This document shows, piece by piece, positions 13,855 to 26,946 of a DNA stretch of 64,000 nucleotides (positions within the stretch are counted from its first letter, which is position 1; the number at the start of each line of letters is the position of its first letter). The position numbers and the translations under genes are program-made. The DNA comes from Haplodiscus bocki. Its lineage: Eukaryota. The notes beneath the pieces were generated by a model, which was given only the letters and a program-made list of their open reading frames with translations, made no database searches and was not told where the DNA came from. The stretch is from the NCBI GenBank assembly GCA_965655095.1, contig OZ296658.1:79732001-79796000 (forward strand), in the 5' to 3' direction.

Positions 13855-14190
13855 ATTCAACCAGCGGAAAGTTTTAAAAACAAAATCATTAACATTAAAT
13901 GCAACAACGCGACAGATTCGCCCCTTTTGATGCGAAAACAGTCTGGACCAGCAACAGTTGGAAGGAGTTCTTCAGTGGGCGCAAGTGCTTCCTCGTCTAC
14001 CAAATCACCCCTCTTCCTTTCTTCGCCCTCTGAAGCTTCCGGTGCAACAACCACTAGACATTTCTCGCCGTTAGAGGGACACTTCAAGTGGGATTTGGCC
14101 CACTCTTCAACGCACCCCCAGCGTCCCAAAGACAACATTGGCTCCTCTGCTGACTATTTCAGAAGTGCTCTGGAGAGCACCTTGAAACAG
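13855..14190 (+). CDS. Host gene exon (IQPAESFKNK...SALESTLKQ)
   Basis: cgtttcag acceptor and CAG|GTATTT donor. 336 nt, phase 0-0, Ser-rich and GC-elevated. Confidence 0.8.
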
Positions 14191-14375
14191 GTATTTAGCT
14201 TAAAAAGAGCTCACTTTTGATTGGAAAATCTTCACTGCTTTCAATCGTCCTCGAGATAACAGAATTACTGAAATAGTGTTAAATTTGCCAAGTTTTACAT
14301 TACTATAGTATTTAAAAAATTGGCATAAATTGCAACCCAGATTGAACTTCTATTGCCACAACTGAAACACCTGAA

Positions 14376-15255
14376 CCAGGTTTGAAATCTCAAAGAAATT
14401 CAGCGCTGAAAAGCTGTTTCAGTTCTGATTCAGCGCTGTACATTACCTGAAAATCTCTAAGCAGCGCTGATTCAGCTCTGATCAGCGCTGAAAAATCTTT
14501 CTTTTTTCAGTCAGAGCAACAAAGTCAGAGCTGACTTCCTCTTAATGAGCACTGATTTTGGTTGGATTCAAAACAGCACTTTTTAGTTCATTTTTCAATG
14601 TTTTTCAGTTTAAAGCACAGAATTCGGATTTTCAGCCTACATTGAGAAAAGAAGTGAACAATAGAAAAATAGGTGTTCATCTTTCCCACGTGCCAAAGAT
14701 TTAACAAAAACTCAAATTTTTGAATTTTTTGGTACTGCTAGAGTACCAGAACTGATATGGTTCAAGTTTTTTGAAGCATTTTACCGTTCAGTGGGGTGAC
14801 GTACTAAATACGCTTCCAAAAATTTGATTTTTGCTGTCAGTTTGTGCAAAAACTGGGGAAGATTACATTTCTCAAAAACCTGGAATGCCATTTGAATGAT
14901 CGTTTTATGCGTTTTCATCACTTTCGGACTCCGTTATCATATTTTGATGTTTTCATCTACACTTGTAGAGATCAGAGTTTTTTGAGACAAAATGTTTGCT
15001 ACAAAAACAGATTTTCAGCTAAGAATAGCGCTGATTCAGAGCTGCTTCTTTTTGAAACAGCGCTATTCATCGCTGAAATTATCAAATCCGAACAGCGCTG
15101 ATTCAGAGAAAATAAGAGCTGATCAGCTGTGAAAAAGCGCAGCTTAGCGCTAGTATTTTACATGTTCTCCGGATTAGCGCTGAGCAGCGCTGAAAAACGT
15201 CAGATTTCTGAAACAAAGTTGTTCAACGCTGATCGTCTCTGGAACTTCAACCAGG
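14376..15255. mobile_element. MITE with CAGCGCTG-rich inverted arms
   Basis: Degenerate TIRs CCAGGTTTGAAATCTC... / ...GGAACTTCAACCAGG, with many CAGCGCTG palindromes in both arms. Confidence 0.65.
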
Positions 15256-15631
15256 TATTTAATATTTGATTGAATATATCCATTAGTATAGTATTGAATT
15301 CCCCAGTCGAAGCAACATCGAGCTTTTAGATTCTGCATCGATGCATGCGGGCACTTTTTTTGATGAAACATGAAAAATACAGACAGCATGCATGAAAAAT
15401 TTTTACAGAACATCCATGTAACATATGAAACTTAGCAAGAAAATATCGTTTTTAAAAAAAACTGACTTTTTGGCACAAAACTATAATGACCAGTTCGTCA
15501 AAACGAACTAGCATGAGCCTTTGAGAGCCTATTTACAATCAGTTTGACCCAAAAACAAACAATCAACTCACATTACATGGCACTTTTTTCTAGAGATACT
15601 TTTTTTGAACCCAACACTAGATTACTATTTC

Positions 15632-18600
15632 TGTAGAATTTCGAAAAGTAGCTTTAACAATCGCCAAAGAAGAATCGAATCACTGAGCAGTTTTTCTAGT
15701 CTCTTTTTAAATTGCCCCACTACTACTCCATTAAACGCATGTACCAGATTCACGAGACGGGGTATCGGCGGAGCATCCACAAAAAATTTGTAACTCCGAA
15801 AGAAAAGACAAGTCTAATAATTCGGAGGCGGTGAGGGTAAGATGAGCTAAGAAACGCGGTTCTGTCTTGATTCTTCTTTTATGGGGTGTCTCGTAGCTCT
15901 TGACTGTTAATTAAAAGGTTCTTTCCTGAGAAATTATCTCAAAGTTAAATAAATCACACCAAGTATTAGAATGATACAGTCTTGCTAATTAATATCTTTC
16001 ACTGAATAATACTTTTATTACTGGATATCAATTGAATAATGGATAATACTTTGAGTAATATATTTTTCACAAAAACAATAAACAAATCAGATCACACGGG
16101 GTTAAAGAACAAGAATAATTCCCCGAAGGAAGAATTGAAAGGTACTCTACCAACGAATGATTGAGAAAATGAACAAGTTGTAATTCAATAACTCGCCGCC
16201 TTTCTCTAACGTTCTTGGAGTGAAGCAAAACAGTCCCGGACTTCTATCTCTAAATAATCCACGGTTCAGCCACCGATGGGGCACTAAGAGTTCTCTAACC
16301 CGCGTCTTACGGCATTAAAGAAGAACATCTCAAACGAATTTGGTGAAGTCCAACTTCCCAATTCAGTCAAGACAACAGACTATGATCCCGGATCACAATC
16401 TCACAATCTAGAGTTATAAAGTCCGTGACTCTCTAACAAGGCTTGAAAAAGTAAACCTGCAATCTTTAGTCTCGGACTCAAAAACTCGTACTCTGTCTTT
16501 TGACAGCAAAGTAGCAAAACGTTTTCTAGATTTCAACTGATTTTGTGCGCCTAAGACTTCACTTTTTCGTTCCTCTTGGGGCGTATTTTCATCTAGTTAA
16601 TCATTCTAGCCATTCGTTTTACTCGTTTCCAGTATTATCACTTTTTGTTCTATTAGTCATCTATTGCTGATGGAAAATTCTGTTTTCTAGCCTTTTTTCT
16701 GGCTTTCGGTACCATTCACTTATTTTCGGCATGACTGTCAGTCATCTGGTTATTCGTGTCCAATCTTTTCTAAAATGTCCTATCGATTATTCGTTGGTTA
16801 TTTCGTTTATCTCACTTCGGTACGGTAATCATCAGTTTTGGTACTACTCTGTGTTTTTGTTTTCTTCGCTTACATTAGGTTTGATTAATTGATTTTGGTC
16901 GTATCCACTGGCAAAACGGGGGTGTTGAAAATGATCAAGAAAATTCATCTTCGTTTCCATTCGTTTATGTCACCGTTTGGATTGACAGGCTCTTTCGATT
17001 GATGTGTCAGCTATTTCATTCGTCGCGCGTGACTAAGTGCTTCCAAAATGAATGGTTAGAATATCTTCCACAACCATTCCTTTTATAATATCCGTGCAAA
17101 AATGAATGTCCGATAAAAGGTGTATTTTTTGTCTAAAATTCAATAAATAATTGGGTCTATCATAAACGTCACAAAAATAAAATGAGCACTTCATTACACG
17201 CGGTTTTTAATTTAATTTTTGGCAAAGTATACTTTGTCAAAGTTTTTCTCAATGTTCATGGTCGAAAAATGCGATTCTCTGAAAGTAGTCAAAATTCCAT
17301 GTCCGAAAAATCGATTTTTGGTCAGTTTGAGGTCATTTTTCTCAACGTATAATTTTTTCGGAGGGTGGGGGTGGTTAATTCCTGTTAGTACAATAAAATG
17401 GGAGTATTTCAACGAAAAGATGAGCTCTTTAGCTGATCTCAAAAAAAGTTTTTCAATTTCCCGCAAAAATACTGATATTGGCCATTTTTGGCTACCTAGG
17501 TCCACCTTCTAGGTCGATTTTCTCAACGTACAGGCAAAGTTTCGAAAAATCATTGGTCTGTTTCCTGAGGGAGGTTGTTAGGAACATTGTGTTAAATTTT
17601 GAATTTTGTATCTCTTCTGGCCTGCGAGGGGAAGGGGTAGCCGTTTTGCAAGTCGACACTTTCCAAAATCCGTGACTTTAGCTAGATGTAATTTTGTGGA
17701 GCTGCCATTTGTAGCTTGCTATGCTTGTTCTATTGTTTTTTTCTTTTTTGTTAAAAATAAGCTTTTGATTGCTAGTAATTCGGTTGTTTTCAATTGGCTA
17801 TTCGTTAACTAATAGGCGAAAAACTTCGATTTTTGACGATTTTAGCCTTTTTTGGGCGTTTTTTGGCCATTTCTCACTCAGTTCTCTGAAATGACTGAAA
17901 AAAATGGGTTCACTTTTTCAGGGACAAAAGTACATTGAAATATCTTACGTTTAGGATTATTTCGAGTTTTTTGTGATGCGTGGTTCACTCGGAATATATT
18001 TTTAACTGAACTCCTTTCACCAATTTCTGGAGTACACTTTTCGTTTGCAACAGTTTTTCAAAATCTTATTTTCGTTCGATTTCGCTCATATTCCGTACTT
18101 AAGCTTTCCTATGGATTTACTTTACAACGGCGCAAACCGTTTGTCAATATCTTTTATTCATCTTTGAGAAATAAGAAAGCAAATATTTGGGAACTTCCAA
18201 GAAACAGCTCTAATTTTGAGCAGCGAGAGCGTAAATATGCTAATACGTGGGGTGGTGGCGGCCGTGCGCGTGGTGAGAAATCACTCCAAAAGCACTTTTA
18301 TTATATTCCTTTTGTATTTATATCAATTTGTTTTCACTCCGCTTTCACTTTCATACGCTTCTAAGGTTGCAACTGAACTCTGAAATCACAATTTTACCAT
18401 TTTCCGGACCGTAATAACTTTCGTTTTAATTTTTTGACAACTTTTACTTTTCAACATGCAGCGAAAGTTACCCAGACTTTGTTTGACTTGGAAGGTAGTT
18501 TCAATTGTTGAAAACCGTTTTGCTCTATCTATGCTAGTCTTCGAAAAAATGGACGTCAAAGTTAGGGTTCGAATTAGACCAAATTTCAAACTTTATGCTG

Positions 18601-18767
18601 CTGCTACTTTTTCCTCGCGTAGAGCGTTCTCATTGGCTCGCATTTGACATAATATTCATATTCATATCTTTTATCTTATCAAGTGCTTTTCAATTTAAGT
18701 ACTTTTAGATGACAATGAAAATTTAATAAACAATTTTTGCAAAAAAAACGATCTCACAAATCTCACA
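15632..18767 (-). repeat. 3' LTR (3136 bp)
   Basis: Plus-strand ends TGTAGAATTT...ATCTCACA, adjacent to the PPT. Confidence 0.9.
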
Positions 18768-18780
18768 TTCCCCCCCCACT
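18768..18780 (-). promoter_or_regulatory. Polypurine tract
   Basis: Minus strand AGTGGGGGGGGAA immediately precedes TGTGAGA of the 3' LTR. Confidence 0.85.
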
Positions 18781-19405
18781 TGGACTAAAACTCTGCTGAG
18801 TAGTTGGTTTATTAAACTTTTCGCGTCCTTTCCGTCTTGTTACTGGCTGTCTAGTCATAGTGCATTCTATCAGTCACATTTTTAATACTTTTCCACAATC
18901 AATAGATCTCTTTTGCATTCGAAAAGAACTTCAAAATAACGTTTTCGCTCCTTCATCGTCTTTTTTTTACTTTAATTCCAAAGGAACTGTTTGGTTTGGT
19001 TCCTCTCAGTTAGTTTATCCAGTCAAGGTATGTTTCGTGCTTTGGAAAACAATGTTTTTTGATCAAGCAGACAAATGGCAAGCAACAATTTGTAAGTCTG
19101 ATTGATTTCAACAAACACTGGAAATTTATCAGCTATGTTCTTACTCATATTTTCCAATTTTCTATCTGACTTATTTTTTTTATCACAATTGTCCAAACAG
19201 GGAGAGATCTAAGAAGGTAATTGTTGAATAGAGGAGAAAATGAACTTCACTCACTTATGGGGCAAATAAATACTGGAGGGGAGAGTGATTACAATAATTT
19301 AGAGTTATTAAAAAACAACTTTAATCTCACGGTTACGATGGTAATTCCTTCCTCATCATAGGCTTCTGGTTATTCTTGATAGGTCCAAGTCACAGCCCGG
19401 AAAAG

Positions 19406-20234
19406 CTACAGCAGTGGTCCACGTCTTTGTTCAGAATTTTTCTGGATGAAATCTAGTTCTTGGGCCCTGAATAAAACTTCGCAAAAGTTGCGGTCCGTTT
19501 CGTCTTCATAAAGTTTTTGTAGCCAATGAATGTTGAACTGTCCTTCCAAAAACTGATCACGTAAATCCTGATTTCTTTCTGTGAGTGATTTTTTTGAAAG
19601 TGTCAAATCTCCCAAATAACGTACTCTTCGGAAATAAGCTTTCAAGCTTTCGTTTTTCATTTGCTTCACTGCTTTGAACTCAGACCTTGCGGCTCTCTTA
19701 CTGCGGTATTGTTTGCAATTTAGGTTCCAGAACTTCTAGTAATGCGTCAAATTTTGGCGTTCCCTCCCCCAGAACTTTTTCAACATAAATGCGGGGTATG
19801 ATTTCAAATTCTTCAACAGCCCATGATGATAGGCAAGCAGGAAGGGCGTCAATCGCTTGCATATCAGACCATTCATTAGCTTTAACTACAGATTTATAGT
19901 GCTTGACCCACAGCCCCCAACGATCAAAACATTTACCCGGAAATTTCTCGGGTTTAATGGGGCATTCTTGTTATACCGCTCTAGATTTACTTCGACATAG
20001 GTTTTCTGCGACGTCTGATTCTTCTGAGTCATCTTCTGCGTCCAGTTTTAGTTTTTCCAGTTCACATTGAAGTTCATACAACTTGCACTGAGCTTCACGT
20101 CTTTGCGCCCTCCTACCGAAGTCTGATGTTAGAAACAAAGAGTCGAACTTACTGGAGCTTTTCTTTTTACCACCTGTGTCGGCGTCGCCTTCCTCTTGCT
20201 GCTGCTGTGGGGTGTCGTCTTCGCCGCTCTCCAA
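19406..20234 (-). pseudogene. gag: Degenerate retrotransposon gag
   Basis: ORFs 19971..20234 and 19406..19669 are joined across a stop and frameshift by IKPEKFPGKCFDRWGLWVKHY...ANEWSD...ALPACL and KQMKNESLKAYFRRV...LRDQFLEG, which are typical Gypsy capsid-domain motifs. Confidence 0.8.
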
Positions 20235-20328
20235 CGGGGAAAAGAATCAGAGAATAGCAGAAAGGGGAATAAAAGGAGAAACAAGAAATTTTGACTAAAA
20301 GGTTAGAAGAATAAATCAAAACAGAGAT

Positions 20329-20348
20329 GAGCCCACCCAGGAGCGCCA
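20329..20348 (-). promoter_or_regulatory. Primer-binding site, tRNA-Asn-like
   Basis: Minus strand TGGCGCTCCTGGGTGGGCTC, 1 nt from the LTR end. It is complementary to a tRNA 3' end resembling animal tRNA-Asn (GAGCCCACCCAGGGACG-CCA). Confidence 0.75.
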
Positions 20349-20349
20349 C

Positions 20350-23300
20350 TGTAGAATTTTGAAAAGTAGCTTTAACAATCGCCAAAGAAGAATCGAATCA
20401 CTGAGCAGTTTTTGTACTATCTTTTTAAATTGCTCCACAACTACTCCATTAAACGCATGTATTAGATCCTTGAGACGGGGTATCGGTGGAGCATTCTCAA
20501 AAAATTTGTAACTCCGAAAGAAAAGACAAGTCTAATAATTCGGAGACGGTGGGGGTAAGATGAGCTAAGAAACGCGGTTCTGTCTTGATTTTTCTCTTAA
20601 GGGTTGTCTCTTAGCTCTTGACTGTTAATTAAAAGGTTCTCTCATTAGAAAATATCTCAAGGTTTCTTAAATGACACCAAGTATTAGAATGACACAGTCA
20701 TGCCAATTAATATCTTTCACTGACTAGTACTTTTATTACTGGATAACAATTAAATAATGGATAATACTTTGAGTAATATATTGTTCACAAAACCAATAAA
20801 AAAATCAGATCACATGGAGTTAAAGAGCAAGAATATTTCCCGAAGGAAGAATTGAAAGATACTCAACCAACGAATGATTGAGAAAATGAAGAAATTGTAA
20901 TTTAATAACTCGCCGCCTTTCTGTAAGGTTCTTGGAGTGAAGTAAAACAGTCCCTGACTGCTATCTCTAAATAATCCACGGTTCAGCTACCGCTGGGGCA
21001 CCAAGAGCTCTTTGACCCGCGTCTTACGGCATTAAGGAAGAACATCTCAAACGAATTTGGCGGAGTCCAACGTCCCAATTCAGTCAAGACAACAGACTAT
21101 GATCTCGGATCACAATCTCACAATCTAGAGTTAAAAAGTCCCTGACTCTCTAACAAAGCTTGATAAAGTAAACCTGCAATCTTAAGTCCCAGACTCAAAA
21201 ACTCGTACTCTATCCTTCGACAGCAAAGTAGCAAACCGTTCTCTAGATTTCATGTCACCTTGTGCGCCTAACACTTCACTTTTTCGTTCGTCTTCGGGCG
21301 TGTTTTCATCTAGTTAATCATTTTAGTCATTCGTTTCACTCGTTTCCAATATTATCACTTTCCGTTCCATTAGTCATCTAATGCTGATGGAAAGTTCCGC
21401 TTTCTAGCCTTTTATCTAGCTTTCGGTACCATTCACTATTTTTCGGCATGACTGTCAGTCATCCGGTTGTTCGTGTCCAATCTTTTCTAAACTGACTTAT
21501 CGATTATTCGATGGTTATTTCGTTTATCTCACTTCGGTACAAAAATCATCAGTTTTGATACTACTTGGTGTTTATTTGTTTGCCTACATCAGATTTGATT
21601 AATTGTTTTTGGTCGTATCCACTGGCAAAACCGGGGTGTTAAAATTGGTTAAAAAAATTCCTCTTCGTTTCCATTCGGTTATGTCACCGTTTGGATTCAC
21701 AAGCACTTTCGGTTGATGTGTCAGCTATTCCATTCGTCGCGCGTGACTAAGTGCTTACAAAATAAGTGGTTAAAATATCTTCCCCAACCATTCCCATTAT
21801 AAAATCCATGCAAAAATAAATGCCCGAAAAAAGGTGTAATTTTTGTCTAAAATTCAATAATTAATTGGGTCTATCATAAACGTCACAAAAACAAAAAGAG
21901 CACATCATTAGCTGCGGTTTTTATTTTAAATTTTGGTAATGTTTACCTTGTCAAAGTTTTTTTCAATGTTCATGGTCGAAAAACGCGATTCTCTGAAAAT
22001 AGTCGAAATTCCGTGTCCGAAAAATCGATTTTTGGTCAATTTGGGGTCTTTTTTCTCAACGTATAAATTTTTGCGAGGGCAAGGGTGGTTGATTTCTGTT
22101 AGCACATTCAAATGCAAGTATTTTAACAAAAAGGTGAGCTCTCTAGCTGGTCTCAAAAAAGTTATTCAATTTTCCGCAAAATTACTGATTTTGGCCATTT
22201 TTGGCTACCTAGGTCCACTTTCGAGGTCGATTTTCTCAACGTACAGGCAAAGTTTCGAAAAATCATTGGTCTGTTTCCTGGGGGAGGTTGTTTTGAACAT
22301 TTTGTCAAATTTTGAGCTTTGTATTTTTTCTGACCTGCAAGGGGTGGGGTAGCCGTTTTGCAAGTCGACACTTTCCAAAATCCGTGATTTTAGCTAGTTG
22401 TAATTTCGTGGGGCGGCCATTTGTAGCTTGCTATGCTTGTTCTATTGTTATTTTCCTTTTTTGTTAAAAATAAGCTTTTGATTGCTAGTATTGCGGTCGT
22501 TTTCTATTGGCTATTAGTTAACTAATAGGCCAAAAACTGCGATTTCAGACGATTTTGGACTTTTTTGGGCGCTTTTTTGGCAATTTTTCACTCAGTTCTC
22601 TGAAATGACTGAAAAAAATCGATTCATTTTTTCAGGGACACTAGTCCATTGAAATATCTTCCGTTTGGGATTATTTCGAGTTTTTTGTGATGCGTGGTTC
22701 ACTCGGAATAAATTTTTAACTGAACTCATTTCACCAATTTCTGGAGTACACTTTTCGTTTGCAACAGTTTTTCAAAATCTTTTTTTCGTTCGATTTCGCT
22801 CATATTCCATACTTAAGCTTTCCTTTGGATGTAGTTTACAATGGTGCAAACCGTTTGTCAATATCTTCTGTCATCTTTGAGAAATAAGAAAGCAAATATT
22901 TGTGAACATTCAAGAAACAGCTCTAATTTTGAGCAGCGAGAGCGTAAATATGCTAATACGTGGGGTGGTAGCGGCCGTGCGCGTGGTGAGAAATCACTCC
23001 AAAAGCACTTTTAATGTTTTCCGTTTGTATTTATGTCAATTTGTTTTCACTCCGCTTTCACTTTCATACGCTTCTAAGGTTGCAACTGAACTCTGAAATC
23101 ACAATTTTACCATTTTCCGGACCGTAATAACTTTCGTTTTAATTTTTTGACAACTTTTACTTTTCAACATGCAGCGAAAGTTACCCAGACTTTGTTTGAC
23201 TTGGAAGGTAGTTTCAATTGTTGAAAACCGTTTTGCTCTATCTATGCTAGTCTTCGAGATAATGGACGTCAAAGTTAGGGTTCGAATTAGGCCAATTTTT

Positions 23301-23478
23301 AAATTTTACGCTGCTGTTACTTTTTCCTCGCGTAGAGCGTTCTCATTGGCTCTCATTTGACTAATGTTCATGTTCATATCTTATATCTTGTCAAGTCTCT
23401 TTCAAGTTAAGTAATTTTAAATGACAATGAAAGTTTAATAAACAATTGTTGCAAAAAAACGATCGCACAAATCTCACA
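20350..23478 (-). repeat. 5' LTR (3129 bp)
   Basis: Same ends as 15632-18767, adjacent to the PBS. Confidence 0.9.
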
Positions 23479-26400
23479 ATGTTGTACCCTTGGATAGTTT
23501 AGAATTTGCTCCATTTTTTTGTCAATATACCATTGTACTCATGAAAATTTCATTGAAGAATGTTCGAGAATTTTTAATTTGTCATAATAACAAAAAGTTG
23601 CCCAAGATGAAAGTTTTTGAAAGCTGGAATTCATAATAAAAATTCGTTAAGAGAATAACTTATTATCACAACCCAGTTTTTGATTCTATGATGAATGACG
23701 TTCATGAAAAATGTTGTAAGCTGAATGGAAACTTTTGTGAAGCCGCTCAGAAAGTAATTAATTGCCTTTTTTGACAGTAAAACTTTGCAAAGTGTAAAAA
23801 CAGTATCTTGCAAAAATTTTTGTCCGTTGCATAGAAAAAGCACAAATTACTGCAAATGCATGCATTTTTTTTGTAAAAACTATTATCCTGCAATCATGAT
23901 GCAATACTTGCAAAACTTTCCTAAAGTTGTGCAAAAAAGAATGCATCGTTAAAAGCCTTCTAAAGCTTCCATGCATATTCGACTACGGTTAGTTTTTGGT
24001 TAATAAAATTCTGCCCTTCGGCTTAGAGCCTTTTTATAGGAGATTAATATGCAAAATGTTGTGGAAAAAAAGGAAAAAAAACAAGAATGTCTTGAAAAAT
24101 AAAAAAATATATATCTGAATTAAAAGACACATGTTCAAAACTACGTCTCAAAATTTAACTTTTGTTCTGAACGCAAATTTTTTGAGAGCTCAATTCTCAA
24201 TAAAGTAAAAGTAAATAGTTTGAGAAACTTTTCAACAAAATAGAAGAAATATGTATACTTTTTTGCCGTTCGGCGTCATTGCCAAGAGGTCTGAGGAAAA
24301 ACAGAAAAGTTTACTTGCTATAACCAAATCATACATGGCAGATAAGTTTTGGCGCATTTTCTAAGTTAATCGAGGAGTTGCTTTCTTCACATAAAGTAAG
24401 CATTTAACAATGTCTTAATTGAGCTCTCTCACGGTGTCGTTTTTAAATCGGAGGCGAACACGTTTTGTTTGTTATTCTATCAAAGATTTTGCAAAAGTAA
24501 CCCAAAATGATAGGTGGCCTTCTTTTGAAAACGACCTTAGGCATGTGAAGCTAGAAAGAATCAGTGCCCCAGTTTTTTCGCAGCGCCTTTAGGCTTCTCC
24601 AAAACTGCTACTGGCTAACTCTACTTATACCGCACTGGACGTTCAACAAGCCCAACAATATCTTAGCCCAACGTTCCCGTGAGCGAGTTCACGTCGGTTG
24701 GAGTGGATCGCGAAAGTTCCTACGTAATAATTGCATAAATATTTTCCGTCGAAAAGTTTCCGAAAAATATTCAATTCAGTATATGGATTTCTTCCTAAAA
24801 TTGCCCAAGACGGGCAGACTTCCTACTCCAGTATCGTCAGTTGCTTGTGTAATTTACGTGTTGGGCGTCACAGTGCTTGGATAACACACAGTTAGTGGGT
24901 TTGAATCGCTCTATTGACCATTTTTTTACATGTTTCCGCAGACTCGGTAACACATTCTCATTTTCTAATAGCAAAAAACAGGAAAACTTTTCCAGTGAAA
25001 AATTAGGGTTTTTTGATAACTGGGATTTTTTTCTCAAAAACTAGCCATTTTAAGACGTAACTGGAACATATCGTTCCTAATTATTTCTTTTTAAAATTGG
25101 GAAAAAGTTTGCAATTTTCTTAAAAAACCGAAAACAGTGAGCAAATCTGTTACAAAAACCTAAATTAAAAGGATAGTAATTGATCTTTTCAGCTCTCTGG
25201 AATCAGTCTTCTCCATAACCTTAGTTTTTGTGGGGTACAAAAAGGACATAAATTTCGGAAAGTTATCTCGTGGAAAACATCGTTCTGTGCACTCCAAAAA
25301 AAAGAGAATATAAAAAGCGCAAAAAGTGTTCAGAAAAAAAGGTTCAATTGATTCATTTTGGTCGCGAACGGAAAATTTCTTCCTGCAGAGGAGTATTCGA
25401 TTGAGAAATCATTTTTTTATTCCTTGCATGAGAATCCTGATACACCACAAATGCTTAACTGTGAACAGTTTTGACTAATCCTAAACTTCACACTCATTTT
25501 TCTCCATCATAACTGGCTTGATTTCCTCATCAAGTTCTCAATCAGGAGTTTAAAACCTGTGCAATCCTCGGCAATTAAAATATTCGCGCCTTTTTTCCTG
25601 GCCGGATATCCCGAAAATGCTTAAAAGAGTCTTCCGTTTTAGACATAACTTGATATTCAACTCCATATTCCTAAAAAACCACATGCCTCTTTTCATTGTA
25701 AATTCATATGAAAGCTTCGTATTTATAGAGGGGTGCTTCATAGGAGAAAAATCATATCCGTTCTTTGCTTCGTAATCCTGATGGTCCGAAGCGGTGCAGA
25801 AACTTTGTATTATTAACTTCTTTCGATGTTCACTCAAATATCTCCGTAACTAGAAAACAAAATGTTTTTTTTTTCAGAGTCTCCATCTGAAACTCTCTAT
25901 GCGTGGCAAATTTTTCAATTAACAATTTGTCGATTTTTTTTCTGGCATCGCAGTTTTTTTAGCACTAAAATTTCAAAAAAGAGATTTTGGTTTTGATTTA
26001 TCCTATTTTTCAAACCCATGATTCTCCGTAAGTACAGGCTAGAATTTATCGAGCAAAGTTTCAATCAGAAGTTTTCTAAATTTGGTGAAAAATTCCTTTA
26101 AATATTCTTGATTTTTTTCCAGTCAGTGGACCCTTGATGGACCAGAAACACCAAAAATTGCTAGTAGTTTTGACCTACTTCGGCATTCAAACTCATAATT
26201 CTTAAAATCGTTCCGCCTCGTTTTTCCATCAAGGTGTCAATCGATAGCCTTTTAAGAGACAGCCTTTAGAGAGACTTCAAAAGGACTGGCTGTTCTAAAA
26301 AATCATGAAATCTGTTTCCTACTGTGCAATCGGAGCCCTCGTGGGCCAAAGTCTGGAAAATTTTTTCAGTGTAGACTTATCTCGATATCCCAACTCATGC

Positions 26401-26843
26401 TGCCCGAAAATACAACTTTGATTTCTTCATTAAAGGTTTCATCCGACGTTTTTATATTAATGGATGACTATTAGGTTGAACAATCTCTGATTTTGTTCTT
26501 TAAATTGGAATCTGGACAAGCCAAAGACGCAAAAGGGTCGTCCTAATATTGCTTCGTTGTCGGTTTCTCACTCATAATTCTCGAAAGCTACCGACCTGAT
26601 TTTTTCCTTCTAGGTCTCAGTGACTAACTTTTTTTGCCTCTTGTTGATATATCTCAGAAAGATTCGTTGAGCCGCTCCAATTGAAGAACTTTAGGCAGTA
26701 TTGTATTTTTCACGTTTGTATTAAATATCCCTCGGTTAGTGTACCTGTATACTGCAACCAGTTTTTCGAGATTTGAGATTTACCAATGAGCCTTTACCAG
26801 TGGACAGCTAGTTTCAGAAATTCTAGAAATTAGCATGGTTTAG

Positions 26844-26939
26844 CAAAGAAACGCTGATATTGCTGTCGCAGCACGTCTGCGAAGCCTGCGGACAAACGAT
26901 CCCCTCAACAAAGGACATCCCAGGTCCATCGAGAAGGAA
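26844..26939 (+). CDS. Candidate small host exon (QRNADIAVAARLRSLRTNDPLNKGHPRSIEKE)
   Basis: GC-rich 96 nt island with a TAG acceptor and a weak GAA|GTAGAA donor. Phase 0-0 fits between the exons at 13855 and 29137. Confidence 0.4.
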
Positions 26940-26946
26940 GTAGAAC

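Larger units (their letters stand above)
15632..23478 (-). mobile_element. Non-autonomous gag-only Ty3/Gypsy-like LTR retroelement with ~3.1 kb LTRs
   Basis: Two direct repeats (15632-18767 and 20350-23478, ~90% identical in a sampled 130 nt) with TG...CA ends. PBS and PPT abut the LTRs. The 1.58 kb interior holds a gag remnant and no recognisable pol. No clean TSD. Confidence 0.9.

Noticed and set aside
15632-23478. Tandem segmental duplication or assembly artefact
   Set aside because: The copies are ~10% diverged and bounded by TG/CA, PBS and PPT, so they are LTRs. The duplicated ORFs inside them (e.g. MQRKLPRL...) have no recognisable protein features.
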